Source of the DNA: Candidatus Micrarchaeia archaeon
GTDB lineage: Archaea; Micrarchaeota; Micrarchaeia; Norongarragalinales; UBA8480
Assembly (NCBI GenBank): GCA_039794045.1
Contig: JBAMLY010000010.1
Location: 1-33,734, forward strand
Length of the DNA: 33,734 bases
Direction of reading: 5' to 3'
Position 1 is the stretch's first letter. Each line of letters opens with the position of its first letter. The notes under the pieces are model-generated. The model did no database searches. It was not told the origin of the DNA and saw only the letters and a program-made list of their open reading frames with translations. This document shows positions 16,782 to 26,424 of this stretch, in pieces. A program made the translations under genes and the position numbers.

Positions 16782-17633
16782 ATGGCTTGTCTTTCAGCGC
16801 CTGACTTTAACCTCCGCAAAACATTGGAGTGCGGCCAGTGCTTTAACTGGCGCGAGCACTCAAGCAAAGAAAACTGTTTTTATTCAGTCATCTACGGCAA
16901 GCCAGTGAAGGCGCGCCAACACGGAACAAAACTTTTTTTGGGGGGACTCACCGCAAAGCAAGCCACGCACTATTTCGCGTTAGACCATCCACTAAAAAAA
17001 ATAGTTGGCGCGATAGAGTGCGACGAAAAAATGCGTGCGGCAGTAAAGCACAGTGAAGGAATTAGGATTCTACGCCAAGACCCGTGGGAGTGCGCGGTTT
17101 CCTTTATTGCGTCACAGAACTCCAACATTCCAAGAATAACTTCCACGCTCGAGAAAATACGCGAAAAATACGGGGACGCGGTCTCGCGCGATGGAGTGAC
17201 TTGCTTTGCTTTTCCCACGCCGCGCCAGTTGTCGCGCGCGCCGCAAGCAGCACTCAAAAAACTTGGGCTCGGCTACCGCGCGCGCTTCGTGAAAAAATTT
17301 GCTGAATACGTTGCACGCCACGACGAGTATTTTCTTGAGTTGAAGAAATTGTGTTACGAGGAAGCACGCGATGAGCTCATGAAGCACTTGGGAGTTGGGC
17401 GCAAGGTTGCGGACTGCATTTGCTTGTACTCGCTTGGAAAGCTTGAGGCTTTCCCGGTAGACCGCTGGATAAAGCGCAAGATGCTTGAATTGTATGGCGC
17501 GGAAATTAAGGCGTTCGCCGGAAAACGAAAGGCAAACGAAAAAGAAATTGGTGACTTCGCGCGCGCAAAGTTCGGGGGTTTTGCTGGCTACGCGCAGCAG
17601 TACTTGTTTTTTTGGGCTAAAGAAAATGGTTAG
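16782..17633 (+). CDS. ogg1: 8-oxoguanine DNA glycosylase, OGG1 type
   Basis: N-domain FNLRKTLECGQCFNW, RILRQDPWE...SQNSNIPRI, GLGYRA, GVGRKVADC (lyase Lys), FPVD and GYAQQYLF. Confidence 0.9.
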   Translation: MACLSAPDFNLRKTLECGQCFNWREHSSKENCFYSVIYGKPVKARQHGTKLFLGGLTAKQATHYFALDHPLKKIVGAIECDEKMRAAVKHSEGIRILRQDPWECAVSFIASQNSNIPRITSTLEKIREKYGDAVSRDGVTCFAFPTPRQLSRAPQAALKKLGLGYRARFVKKFAEYVARHDEYFLELKKLCYEEARDELMKHLGVGRKVADCICLYSLGKLEAFPVDRWIKRKMLELYGAEIKAFAGKRKANEKEIGDFARAKFGGFAGYAQQYLFFWAKENG

Positions 17634-17658
17634 GAAACCAAGAAAATTTACTACGGCG

Positions 17659-18051
17659 TTATTTCTTGATGTAGTCCCGCAAGAGAGTGGCGGCGCGCTT
17701 CATGTTGTCTACTTTTAGTGCGAGGAGGGTGCTAGAGCGTTCTTTTGAGAGCATGTAAACGTTTTCGATGTTTACGCCGTTTTCGGCGAGCTGCGAACTG
17801 ACTTTGGCGAGTTCTCCTGGGCGGTCTTGGAGTCTGAGGACGAGAATGTCTGAGTCTACGACTTTGTAGCCCAGTGATTCTATTAGCTTGCGTGCTTTGT
17901 TGCCGTCGCGGGTTATGATGTGTATTACGCCGGTGTCGCCGCTTACCTCGGTTGAAATGGATTCTATGTTGATGCGTTTCGCGCCCAACTCAGATGAAAT
18001 GCTTGCGATTACGCCTGGCTTGTTGGGCGTGATTACGGTTAGTTCCTTCAT
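17659..18051 (-). CDS. Tandem ACT-domain protein
   Basis: Two ACT repeats, NKPGVIA...INIESI and DRPGELA...VNIENV. Start MKELTV follows GGGGAGG. Confidence 0.9.
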   Translation of the reverse strand: MKELTVITPNKPGVIASISSELGAKRINIESISTEVSGDTGVIHIITRDGNKARKLIESLGYKVVDSDILVLRLQDRPGELAKVSSQLAENGVNIENVYMLSKERSSTLLALKVDNMKRAATLLRDYIKK

Positions 18052-18159
18052 TGCCTCCCCACCCCTTCCTTGTTTTGCTGTCTTCCTTGAAAGCCAGCAA
18101 AAAGCTTTATTCACGCCTTATTAATAAAAATTTAGGTGTTAGTATTAAAGGGTGCGCGC

Positions 18160-19233
18160 ATGACTGAAAAAATAGACATCAAAAAAGTTTTAGAGGAAGG
18201 AAAGCCGTTGGTTGACGCGGCAATACAAAAATATTTTCCGAGGCAGTACGATGAAAAGAGCTTGGAGTTTGTTTGCGGGAAGCCTCGCTATGCTTACGAC
18301 GTAGATACTGCTACGAAGGCCGTTAGCGCGCCGGTGTGGGACTTGCTTGACCGCGGGGGGAAACGCTGGCGTCCTGCCTTGTTCTTGCTTTGCTGCGAGG
18401 CTCTCGGCGGCGACACGGAGAAAGTAAAGGACTTCGTCGTGATTCCTGAAGTAGTGCACAACGGATCGCTGATGATTGACGACATAGAAGATTCTTCTGA
18501 GTTGAGGCGGGGGCAGCCTTGCACTTACAAGAAGTTCGGCGTGGACGTTGCAATAAACGCTGGAAACTGCATGTACTTCCAGCCCGTCTTAGTGTTCGTA
18601 AAAAACCGCGGCAAGTTCCCGGACAAGATTTTGTTGCGTGCTTACGAGATTTACGTTCAAGAGCTAACCAACATTCACTACGGGCAGGGGTTCGACATCT
18701 GGTGGCACAAGGGAAACAAGCGCGACGTAACAGAGCAAGAATACCTTCAAATGTGTGCTTACAAGACTGGCACGCTGGCGCGGTTGAGTGCAAAGCTCGG
18801 CGCGTTGTTTGCAGGCGGAAGCGAGAAGGAAGTAGAAGCGCTGGGCAAGTTCGCTGAAGCTATTGGCGTGGCTTTCCAGATTCAGGACGACATACTTAAC
18901 TTGGTCGGCGAGGAATTCGCTAAAGGAAAGGGAGTCGGCGAAGACGTTCACGAAGGCAAGCACACGCTCATAGTCATTCACGCGCTATCGAAGGCGAGCG
19001 CGAGAGACAAGGCGAGGCTCATAGAAATACTTGACTCACATCCAAGCGACGAGAAAACTATTCTTGAAGCAATTGCGATTTTTAGGAAGTATGGCTCAAT
19101 AGATTACGCCGCAAAACGCGCGGCTGAAATCGTGCGCGAGGCATGGAACGAAGTAGATTCTTTGTTGAAGCCAAGCCCGGCCAAGCGGAAGCTTGAAGCG
19201 TTCGCTAATTACTTGATAGAGAGAAAGATTTGA
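18160..19233 (+). CDS. trans-Polyprenyl diphosphate synthase (GGPP synthase-like)
   Basis: GGKRWRP, FARM HNGSLMIDDIEDSSELRRG, GQGFD, KTG, SARM FQIQDDILN and EDVHEGK. Confidence 0.95.
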   Translation: MTEKIDIKKVLEEGKPLVDAAIQKYFPRQYDEKSLEFVCGKPRYAYDVDTATKAVSAPVWDLLDRGGKRWRPALFLLCCEALGGDTEKVKDFVVIPEVVHNGSLMIDDIEDSSELRRGQPCTYKKFGVDVAINAGNCMYFQPVLVFVKNRGKFPDKILLRAYEIYVQELTNIHYGQGFDIWWHKGNKRDVTEQEYLQMCAYKTGTLARLSAKLGALFAGGSEKEVEALGKFAEAIGVAFQIQDDILNLVGEEFAKGKGVGEDVHEGKHTLIVIHALSKASARDKARLIEILDSHPSDEKTILEAIAIFRKYGSIDYAAKRAAEIVREAWNEVDSLLKPSPAKRKLEAFANYLIERKI

Positions 19234-19234
19234 T

Positions 19235-22069
19235 TCAGAGGAGGACGACGGCCGGCTTGAGGGGCAGGGCCCGCGCCTTTTTTTCTTCCGTGGAGTCTTC
19301 CTCGCGTTCTATTGTTACTTGGAGGCCTGCTTCTCTTGCCAGGAATTCTGCCGCGCTTTGCAGGGTCGCGGCCTCGTCTAAAGCGAAATCGCAGTTTTTC
19401 ATCCAGTAAAAGTTTTTGGCGGCATACTTGGCGAGGTTTGAGTCAGCGATTCTAAGTTCTTCTGGTTTGGAGGCGCTCGCGAGGGCGGACGCTAGTTCCT
19501 CGTTCTTGGCTTTTGATGCTACTATTATTTTGGCTTTGAATGGCTTGAACTTGACGAGCTGCTTTACTGCGCGCACGTCGGCTAAAACGCTTTTTACTAG
19601 GTCTTCGCCTCGTTCTATGGCGTCGTTGACGCGCTCGAGTCTTGCTTCAGGCCATTTCGCGAGGGAAGCAAAATCTTTGTTGCCTGCCTTGTGCCACAAT
19701 TCCTCGCACAAGTGGGGGATGACTGGGCACAGTAACAGAATCCACCGCTCGGCTGCTTCTCTTGCAACGAAAGCCTTTTCTGCTTGAGAAGCGCGGCGCA
19801 CGAAGTACTCCCAGGCGTTGAGTAAGTCAAAGAAGGCGCGTTGGGCGTAGTCGCGCAACCTGAATTCTTGGAGGGCGGTCGTGGAGTCTTGGATTGCGCG
19901 CTCGAACTTGCTCAGCATCCACTTGGCTGCAGGCCCTTCTCCTGCTGGTTGTTCGCGTAATTCAAGCATTTGCTGAAGCGTTTCCGCGAACTTGTTCAAT
20001 GACTTGCGGGCGCTGTCTATTTCTTTTTCCCTGAAGTCGAGGACGCTCGCGAAGTCGGCTGCCGAAGTAACGTACAAGCGAAACAAGTCGGCGCCGTAGC
20101 GTTGTTTTACTTGCGATAGTATGATGACGTTGCCCTTGCTTTTACTCATTTTCGCGCCTTCTCGGACGAGGAGCTCGTTAACCGTGATGGCGCGCGGCCA
20201 GTGTTTGGGCGGGAATATGGCGGTGTGAGCGAAGATGAAGAAGCTCAAGTGGTTTGAAATGTGGGCTACGGCGGTGTGCCTTAAGTCGTTTGGGTACCAG
20301 TAATTGAATTCGGCGCGAATTGATTGGAGGACGGGGGCTGGCACGCCAGTGATTTTTTCTACTTCTTGTGGCTTGCGCTCGCCGAGGAAGACGTAGTCAA
20401 AGAATTCTTCCGTCAATTGTTCGGCGCGTATCTTGTGTTGCCTTACTTGTTTTATTATCGTGTAGAAAGCCATGTAAATCGTTGAGTCGCTGAGAGACTC
20501 TATTATCCACTCGTTGGCGAAGGGAAGCTGCGTGCCAATGCCGCGGCGCCGGGCGCAGGGGCGCTTGTCCAGCCAAGCGAAAATGTCTTGGAATTGTTTT
20601 TTGTAGTTTGGTGGGAAGACGGTCATGCGTTCGAGGCACTCGCGGCTTCTGTCCTTCCAGCCTGGGCTGTTGAAGTCGAGGAACCACTGGTCTGGGAGGA
20701 CTGCTGCAACGATTTCCCCGCCGCACCTGCACTTGGCTGGGCGGCTGGACTCGTAGAAGAGGAAGGCCTTGCCTGACTCCACGAGCTTCTTTGTTACCTC
20801 GTCCTTGACTTCCTCTACTTTTCTTCCAGCGAACTCGCCGCAGTTCGAGTTGAGTCTTCCCTCGTAGAATTCGGCGCGGTAGAGTTCCTTTGTTGCTTTG
20901 TCTAGCTTGTCGGTTTCGCGGAGGCTCGCGATACGCATTTTCTCGACTAATTCTTGGGCGGGCAGTTCTCCGTAGCCGCTTGTCTCAATTAATGGAATGG
21001 GCTTGATTGAAGCGAGTTGGCTTGCGAGTGACGCGTATTTTTTGAGTGCTTGATCGTCTTTTTTTAAGTCGCGCAAGGCGACTAAGTCGTAGGGGGCGTG
21101 GGCGGGCACGCTGTGCACGAAGCCAGTGGCGTTGGCGGGGTCCACGAAAGCAGCGGGAAGGACTGGAACGCTGGCTCCTAGTGGGGAGACGAGCGTCTTG
21201 CCCACGAATTCTTCGCCTGAGCGCCGCGCTTTCACTTGAACTTCTTTTCTTTGCAGGGCGAGTTTTTCCGCGGCTTTCTCGCTGAGCCAAAGTTTTTCTT
21301 GGCCTGCTTGGACGAGCACGTAAGTGGCGGAGGGGTTGACGAACATGTTCGTTATCCCGAAAACTGTTTCGGGGCGGAGAGTGCTGGAGACCACGAACTC
21401 GTCTGTGCCGGGCAACGCGAACTTGAATGCAACGAATTCCTGGACTTCGACGGGGTTGACGTCGCCGTCTTGAATGTCGTCTTCTCCTGCTGCGTTGCGG
21501 CAGTTGGTGCAGTAAAGAATGGGGTAAGCGGCTTGCTTCAAGTAATTTTTTTTCTTGTACTTATGAAACTGCCATTCAACGAACTTGTTGTATTCCTTGT
21601 CTCCTGTGGTGAACTGACGAGACAAGTCGAGTGAAAAGCCAATCGTCTTAAAGTCTGCTACGAGCTTGGAGGAAAAGTATTTCACTATGTTCCAGGGTTC
21701 TTTGAAGCTCGCGACTACTTCCTTGACGCGCGCTTCGTCTGCCTCGTATTCTTTGACGTAGTTCTCGTACAAGGAAATCGTTTCCTGGTCGCCTGCCGCT
21801 ATCTTTGAGCTTATCGCTAGAACTGGCGTGCCAGTAATGTGGAAGGCCATGGGCCACAAGACGTTGAAGCCCTGCATTCGCTTGAAGCGCGCGATGACGT
21901 CGCCGTGCGCGTAAGTCCTGCCGTGCCCCACGTGCAGTGTTCCGCTAACGTAGGGGTAGGGAACAGTGAAAAAAAACTTTGGTTTTGAAGCGTCAACGCT
22001 GCTGGGCTCGAATGCTTTTTCTTGGTACCACCGTGTTTGCCACTTGCTTTCTATTTCCTGGAAATCCAT
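19235..22069 (-). CDS. leuS: Leucyl-tRNA synthetase (archaeal type)
   Basis: PYPYVSGTLHVGH, editing domain STLRPET and SVPAHAPYD, IESLSDSTIYMA and KMSKSKGN. Confidence 0.98.
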   Translation of the reverse strand: MDFQEIESKWQTRWYQEKAFEPSSVDASKPKFFFTVPYPYVSGTLHVGHGRTYAHGDVIARFKRMQGFNVLWPMAFHITGTPVLAISSKIAAGDQETISLYENYVKEYEADEARVKEVVASFKEPWNIVKYFSSKLVADFKTIGFSLDLSRQFTTGDKEYNKFVEWQFHKYKKKNYLKQAAYPILYCTNCRNAAGEDDIQDGDVNPVEVQEFVAFKFALPGTDEFVVSSTLRPETVFGITNMFVNPSATYVLVQAGQEKLWLSEKAAEKLALQRKEVQVKARRSGEEFVGKTLVSPLGASVPVLPAAFVDPANATGFVHSVPAHAPYDLVALRDLKKDDQALKKYASLASQLASIKPIPLIETSGYGELPAQELVEKMRIASLRETDKLDKATKELYRAEFYEGRLNSNCGEFAGRKVEEVKDEVTKKLVESGKAFLFYESSRPAKCRCGGEIVAAVLPDQWFLDFNSPGWKDRSRECLERMTVFPPNYKKQFQDIFAWLDKRPCARRRGIGTQLPFANEWIIESLSDSTIYMAFYTIIKQVRQHKIRAEQLTEEFFDYVFLGERKPQEVEKITGVPAPVLQSIRAEFNYWYPNDLRHTAVAHISNHLSFFIFAHTAIFPPKHWPRAITVNELLVREGAKMSKSKGNVIILSQVKQRYGADLFRLYVTSAADFASVLDFREKEIDSARKSLNKFAETLQQMLELREQPAGEGPAAKWMLSKFERAIQDSTTALQEFRLRDYAQRAFFDLLNAWEYFVRRASQAEKAFVAREAAERWILLLCPVIPHLCEELWHKAGNKDFASLAKWPEARLERVNDAIERGEDLVKSVLADVRAVKQLVKFKPFKAKIIVASKAKNEELASALASASKPEELRIADSNLAKYAAKNFYWMKNCDFALDEAATLQSAAEFLAREAGLQVTIEREEDSTEEKKARALPLKPAVVLL

Positions 22070-22155
22070 TTTCTAGCGCCTTCAGAGCAAGAACGTTTTT
22101 CATTGAAGGTTTTTCAACGAAAATAAATATATAAAGCGCGCATTTAAATTAGTGA

Positions 22156-22830
22156 ATGAAAGAGAGGGAGCGGGCGCAGGGGGCGTTCGAGTACATAATG
22201 TTGGCTGGCGCGGTAGTGCTCTTCATAGTCGTCGCAGTAATCGTTGCGAAGGCAAAGATTTTGGCGCCAGCGTTTAACACGACGCGGTCTAATGTTGGCC
22301 AGTACGAGAGCGTGGCGAACGCGTTGTGCAATCTTGCAGGACAAAGGTGTCCTGAAGGGATGGGATGCTATTACGGCAACGGAACTTGCTTGCCTAACTT
22401 GATTACAAACAATCCTGGCTTTGAGAACGCAGTAATGGGTGAGTGGACTATCGCGTCAATCGCTCAACGCAATAACACTCACTATTGGGAGGGAAGCTGG
22501 TCGCTTGAAATCTCTGGCACTGGAGTGGCCGCGAATTACTCCACGGAATTCCAGAACGTTAGTGGCACTTTCGAGGTCGGCGCAATGGCTAAAACTAATA
22601 ATGGTTCTTGCTTTGCAGCCGTGGGCTTCTATAATGCATCTTACGTGGGCGGGGCTTGCGGCGCCTACCAACTTTATTCTCAGTACGGGAGCACTCCAGC
22701 GACTTCCTGGACTCCAATCCATCAAACCATTTCCTTGCCCAGCGAGTCGTGCTTGATCGTGACGCTGGGAGAAGGCGGCTCTTCTTGCCTTGCCTTCGTT
22801 GACTCGGTTTACTTAGTAAAAGTTTCTTGA
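22156..22830 (+). CDS. Class III signal peptide (pilin-like) protein with a probable C-terminal carbohydrate-binding beta-sandwich
   Basis: RA|QGAFEY followed by a hydrophobic helix, a Cys-rich linker, then NLITNNPGFEN...W...GSWSLEI...W...FVDSVYL, resembling CBM4/9 galactose-binding-like folds. Confidence 0.78.
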   Translation: MKERERAQGAFEYIMLAGAVVLFIVVAVIVAKAKILAPAFNTTRSNVGQYESVANALCNLAGQRCPEGMGCYYGNGTCLPNLITNNPGFENAVMGEWTIASIAQRNNTHYWEGSWSLEISGTGVAANYSTEFQNVSGTFEVGAMAKTNNGSCFAAVGFYNASYVGGACGAYQLYSQYGSTPATSWTPIHQTISLPSESCLIVTLGEGGSSCLAFVDSVYLVKVS

Positions 22831-22864
22831 ACGCGCATTAATGCGCGGCAAAAAGGAAAAGCTC

Positions 22865-24181
22865 ATGACTTTCGAGGTAAGAAGCGGCGGCCCAAGGCCT
22901 TGGTTTACTGTGCTCGTAATAGCGGCGATAGCTTCGCTCGTAATTTTTTCCGTGAGCCGCACCGGCTATTTCTGGGTAATGCTTGCCCCAAACTTGTTGT
23001 TGTTGTTCATGACGCTCGTAATGATCGTCGTCTTCTTCGAAGAAAAAATGCCTGCGAGGAAGCCATTAAAGAAATATCCGTTGGTTAGCGTGGTCTTCCC
23101 AGTGCACAACGCGGCTGACTCTATTGCTAGGGCAGTGGAATGCGCGCGCAAATCAGTTTACCCCGGCGAAATAGAGTTGATTGCAGTCGACGACGCCAGC
23201 ACTGACTCTTCGCCGAGTGTTCTCGCTGGCTTGAAGGGAGTCCGCGTCCTCACAATGAAAAAAAACGTGGGCAAGGCTGCTGCATTAAACCGAGGCGCGA
23301 AAATCGCTCGCGGCAGCGTAGTAGTATTCGTGGACGCCGACTCTTACTTGACTCCGCACGCGCTGCGCCACGCCGTCGAAGCTCTTTACTCTGCGGATGA
23401 CGTTGGCGCCGCGACTTGCTTTATTCAAGTGCACGAGCCAAAAAACTTGTTGCAGAAACTCCAGCAAATAGAGTACTATACTGGCTTCGGATTTTCCGCG
23501 ATTTCGAGTTACTTGCTTGACGCTATATTCGTCACGCCGGGACCGACGACGGTGTTCAAGAAAAAAGTTTTCGATGAACTCGGCGGCTTCGACGAGCAAA
23601 ACATTACCGAGGACTTGGAAATGGCTTGGAGGCTGCGCAGGAAAGGCTACAAAATAGCTTACTCGCGCGACGCAGTCGTGTTCACCGACGTTCCAAGCAA
23701 GTTAAAGGACTTGTACAGGCAGAGGCTGCGTTGGTATCGGGGAAAGCTTTACAACATACGCAAGTACAAGGACATGCTCTTCAACCCCGCGTACGGCAAC
23801 TTTGGCGTCTTCATGCTTCCTTTTTCTTTCACTGCAGAAATTTCTGGTGTGGTGCTCAGCTTTTCGTTTGCTTACCTGGCGCTGCGGCAAGCGCTTTGGC
23901 TTGCCGCTTACCTGGCTTCCGCTCTCGCGTTAAACCACTTCTCGCTTGACGTCAGCGGCTTTTCCTTGTTCGGGGTCTCAGCGATCGTGATGGGCTTCGT
24001 GATAGCCGCGCCCTGGATTTTCGCTTTGTACTTGAGTTACTTGGTGGCAAGACAAAAGTTTAAGTGGACTACCTTGCCTTACCTCGTGCTGTTCTTGTTC
24101 TTTTACGGCTTCGTCGTCTCGTTCTTTTACTGCGCAAGCTTCTTAAAAGAAGTAAACCGAAGTGATTACAAGTGGAAGTGA
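22865..24181 (+). CDS. Processive membrane GT2 glycosyltransferase (PgaC/cellulose synthase/hyaluronan synthase-like)
   Basis: VDDASTD, GKAAALN, DAD, TED and QRLRW; two N-terminal and several C-terminal TM helices. The start could also be 22841. Confidence 0.92.
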   Translation: MTFEVRSGGPRPWFTVLVIAAIASLVIFSVSRTGYFWVMLAPNLLLLFMTLVMIVVFFEEKMPARKPLKKYPLVSVVFPVHNAADSIARAVECARKSVYPGEIELIAVDDASTDSSPSVLAGLKGVRVLTMKKNVGKAAALNRGAKIARGSVVVFVDADSYLTPHALRHAVEALYSADDVGAATCFIQVHEPKNLLQKLQQIEYYTGFGFSAISSYLLDAIFVTPGPTTVFKKKVFDELGGFDEQNITEDLEMAWRLRRKGYKIAYSRDAVVFTDVPSKLKDLYRQRLRWYRGKLYNIRKYKDMLFNPAYGNFGVFMLPFSFTAEISGVVLSFSFAYLALRQALWLAAYLASALALNHFSLDVSGFSLFGVSAIVMGFVIAAPWIFALYLSYLVARQKFKWTTLPYLVLFLFFYGFVVSFFYCASFLKEVNRSDYKWK

Positions 24182-24188
24182 AAAAAGA

Positions 24189-24845
24189 ATGCAAATAAAG
24201 AAAACTGTTTTCGTGAAAGCCGGCGCAATAGCGATCGCCTTGTTTGCTGTCTCCGTGGCGCTTGGCTACTTCATTGAAACGCAAAACTATTCAAGCATTG
24301 ACAAGCAGCTCTCGCAAATAGAGGACAACGCGCAGTCAGCAGTGCTCTTGAACTTGTTCCTGCAAACGCATAAGACGCAGAGAACATGCGCCGCCCTGGA
24401 AAGCGAGTTAACGGACGTGGAAAACGAGGCTTACTCGTTGTACTTGCAGCTCGAGCAAAACAAGGACGTAAACGTTCTAACAAACTACCAAGCACTCCGC
24501 CAACGCTATTTCTTGACGAACATGCGCTTCTACTTGACTCTCTTGTCTTACAAGCAAAACTGTCCATCCTCAGACTTGCAGCCAATCCTCTTCTTTTACT
24601 CGGCGCAGAATGAGTGCCCCGAGTGCGTCACGCAAGGAAAAGTATTGGACGCCCTGCGCGCCAAGTGCGCGAACTACAAAATCTATTCCTTTCCCGCCGA
24701 CACCGACGAAACTAAGATGATAAAGACTTTCAAGAAATACTACGGCATCACTGCCACGCCATCCCTCGTAATCAACGACGAAGTCCTCGCCGGCGCGCAA
24801 AGCGAGGCAACAATTACGGCGCTCGCGCCCTGCAAAACAAAGTAA
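24189..24845 (+). CDS. Membrane-anchored protein with a C-terminal thioredoxin-like CxxC domain
   Basis: N-terminal TM helix, helical stalk, ILFFYSAQNECPEC and YGITATPSLVIN. Confidence 0.8.
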   Translation: MQIKKTVFVKAGAIAIALFAVSVALGYFIETQNYSSIDKQLSQIEDNAQSAVLLNLFLQTHKTQRTCAALESELTDVENEAYSLYLQLEQNKDVNVLTNYQALRQRYFLTNMRFYLTLLSYKQNCPSSDLQPILFFYSAQNECPECVTQGKVLDALRAKCANYKIYSFPADTDETKMIKTFKKYYGITATPSLVINDEVLAGAQSEATITALAPCKTK

Positions 24846-24915
24846 AACTACTCACTTCACGCGCGCTTGAAGCGCCCGCTCTCTTCCCAGCAAAAACCCG
24901 CGCTAAAAAAGAGGC

Positions 24916-25074
24916 TTACTTCTTGTTTTCTTTTTCGTAGTTTTCGATGTCGCGGCGGACGAGCTCGCGAATCAAGTCCTGCACTGACGGAAACTTGCGG
25001 CGCGCCGTAGCGTATTCCTCCAAGTTCCAGTCCGCAGGAAAAGTCACCATGAATTGATCCGAGTCAGAAGGCAT
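24916..25074 (-). CDS. 52-aa ribbon-helix-helix DNA-binding protein (CopG/CdrS-like)
   Basis: Below the ORF-track cutoff. Sequence MPSDSDQFMVTFPADWNLEEYATARRKFPSVQDLIRELVRRDIENYEKENKK: alternating beta strand, then helix, then SVQDLIRELVR. GGTG RBS upstream. Confidence 0.8.
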   Translation of the reverse strand: MPSDSDQFMVTFPADWNLEEYATARRKFPSVQDLIRELVRRDIENYEKENKK

Positions 25075-25129
25075 GCAAAACACCGTCTCCCAAAAGGCAC
25101 CAAAGATGCTGCTGAAACGCTAACGCAAA

Positions 25130-25270
25130 AACCATATTTAAATCTATTGGTTTATATCTCAAAATATTTTTTCATATTTTTCCAAAAAAAATTGTGTAAA
25201 AAAATTTTGATTAGTGGAAGTTCGCTTGAATTTTCTATTTTTTTGTAGGCAAACCTTTTTAAATAAATTG
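25130..25270. promoter_or_regulatory. AT-rich divergent promoter region between the RHH gene and ftsZ
   Basis: The most AT-rich stretch of the window. TTTTTAAATA at about 25256-25265 (+) and TTTAAATA at about 25135-25142 (-). Confidence 0.55.
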
Positions 25271-25332
25271 CGAGTTATTTGCAATACGTTTGAAGATATT
25301 CACCTTCGGGAGAAAAAGAGAGGGCGATCAGA

Positions 25333-26397
25333 ATGGAGGAAATCGTGAAATCGGCTTTGGGCCAACCCACTCGCGGTGCTTCGGCTGCCAGCGAGGAAAT
25401 AGAGCAGATAAAGATTTGCGTGGTCGGATGCGGCGGCGCTGGAAACAACACAGTAAACCGCTTGCTTCGCTTGGGAATAAAGGGCGCTGAATTGTACGCA
25501 ATCAACACGGACAGGCAACACCTCGCAACCTTGGGCGACCCGATAAAGAAAGTATTAATTGGAAAGAGTGTGACGAAGGGACTCGGCGCTGGTGGCTTCC
25601 CTGAAGTGGGAGCAAAGTGCGCTGAGGTAGACCGCGCGGCAATAGAGCAAATCTTGAATGGAGCGCACCTCGTCTTCATTACTGCAGGCATGGGCGGAGG
25701 CACTGGCACTGGCTCGGCTCCGGTAGTCGCGCAAATTGCTAAAGACCAGGGCGCCATCGTGGTGGCAATGGTGTCTTACCCCTTCGCCTTGGAACGCGCT
25801 CGCGTCGCAAAAGCAGACGAGGGAATAGAGAGGCTGCGCGAGGTAGCAGACAGCGTAATAATCCTCGACAACAACCGCCTCGTGCAAATAGTTCCCAACC
25901 TGCCAATGAATCAAGCGTTCCTCGTGGCAGACGAAATTCTTGGCAAGGCAATCAGTGGACTCGTTTTCACTATCACTCAGCCTTCACTCGTCAACATTGA
26001 CTTCGCAGACGTGCGCGCTATAATGGGTCACGGCGATGTCGGAATGATTAGCGTGGGAAGCGGCAAGGGACCAAACAAGGTTGCTGAAGCAGTGGAAGGT
26101 GTTCTCAAGAACCGCTTGCTTGACGTGGACTTCGAGGGCGCGAAAGGCGCAATCATTCACATTGCTGGCGGAAATGACTTGACTCTCGGAGACGCCATCC
26201 GCGCAGGAGAAATGATTACTGAGTGCATGGACCCGCAAGCCAACGTCAAGTGGGGCGCGCGCTTGATTCCAGACTACGACGGCAAACTAGAAGTTTGCGC
26301 AATAGTCACTGGAGTAAAAAGCCCGCACATCGTCGGCCACGCTCCAGTCAAGAAACAGGAAAAAGAGGTTGGCTACGACATTGAAATCGTTGGCTGA
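25333..26397 (+). CDS. ftsZ: Cell division protein FtsZ (FtsZ2-like), copy A
   Basis: GCGGAGNN, AINTD, GLGAGG, GMGGGTGTG, PFALERAR, LDNNRL and NIDFAD. Confidence 0.97.
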   Translation: MEEIVKSALGQPTRGASAASEEIEQIKICVVGCGGAGNNTVNRLLRLGIKGAELYAINTDRQHLATLGDPIKKVLIGKSVTKGLGAGGFPEVGAKCAEVDRAAIEQILNGAHLVFITAGMGGGTGTGSAPVVAQIAKDQGAIVVAMVSYPFALERARVAKADEGIERLREVADSVIILDNNRLVQIVPNLPMNQAFLVADEILGKAISGLVFTITQPSLVNIDFADVRAIMGHGDVGMISVGSGKGPNKVAEAVEGVLKNRLLDVDFEGAKGAIIHIAGGNDLTLGDAIRAGEMITECMDPQANVKWGARLIPDYDGKLEVCAIVTGVKSPHIVGHAPVKKQEKEVGYDIEIVG

Positions 26398-26424
26398 ACA
26401 AGCCACGAAAAATAATTGATTTTG

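Noticed and set aside
25130..25270. Replication origin in the AT-rich stretch
   Set aside because: There are no ORB-like repeats or adjacent cdc6/orc1, and divergent promoters explain the composition.
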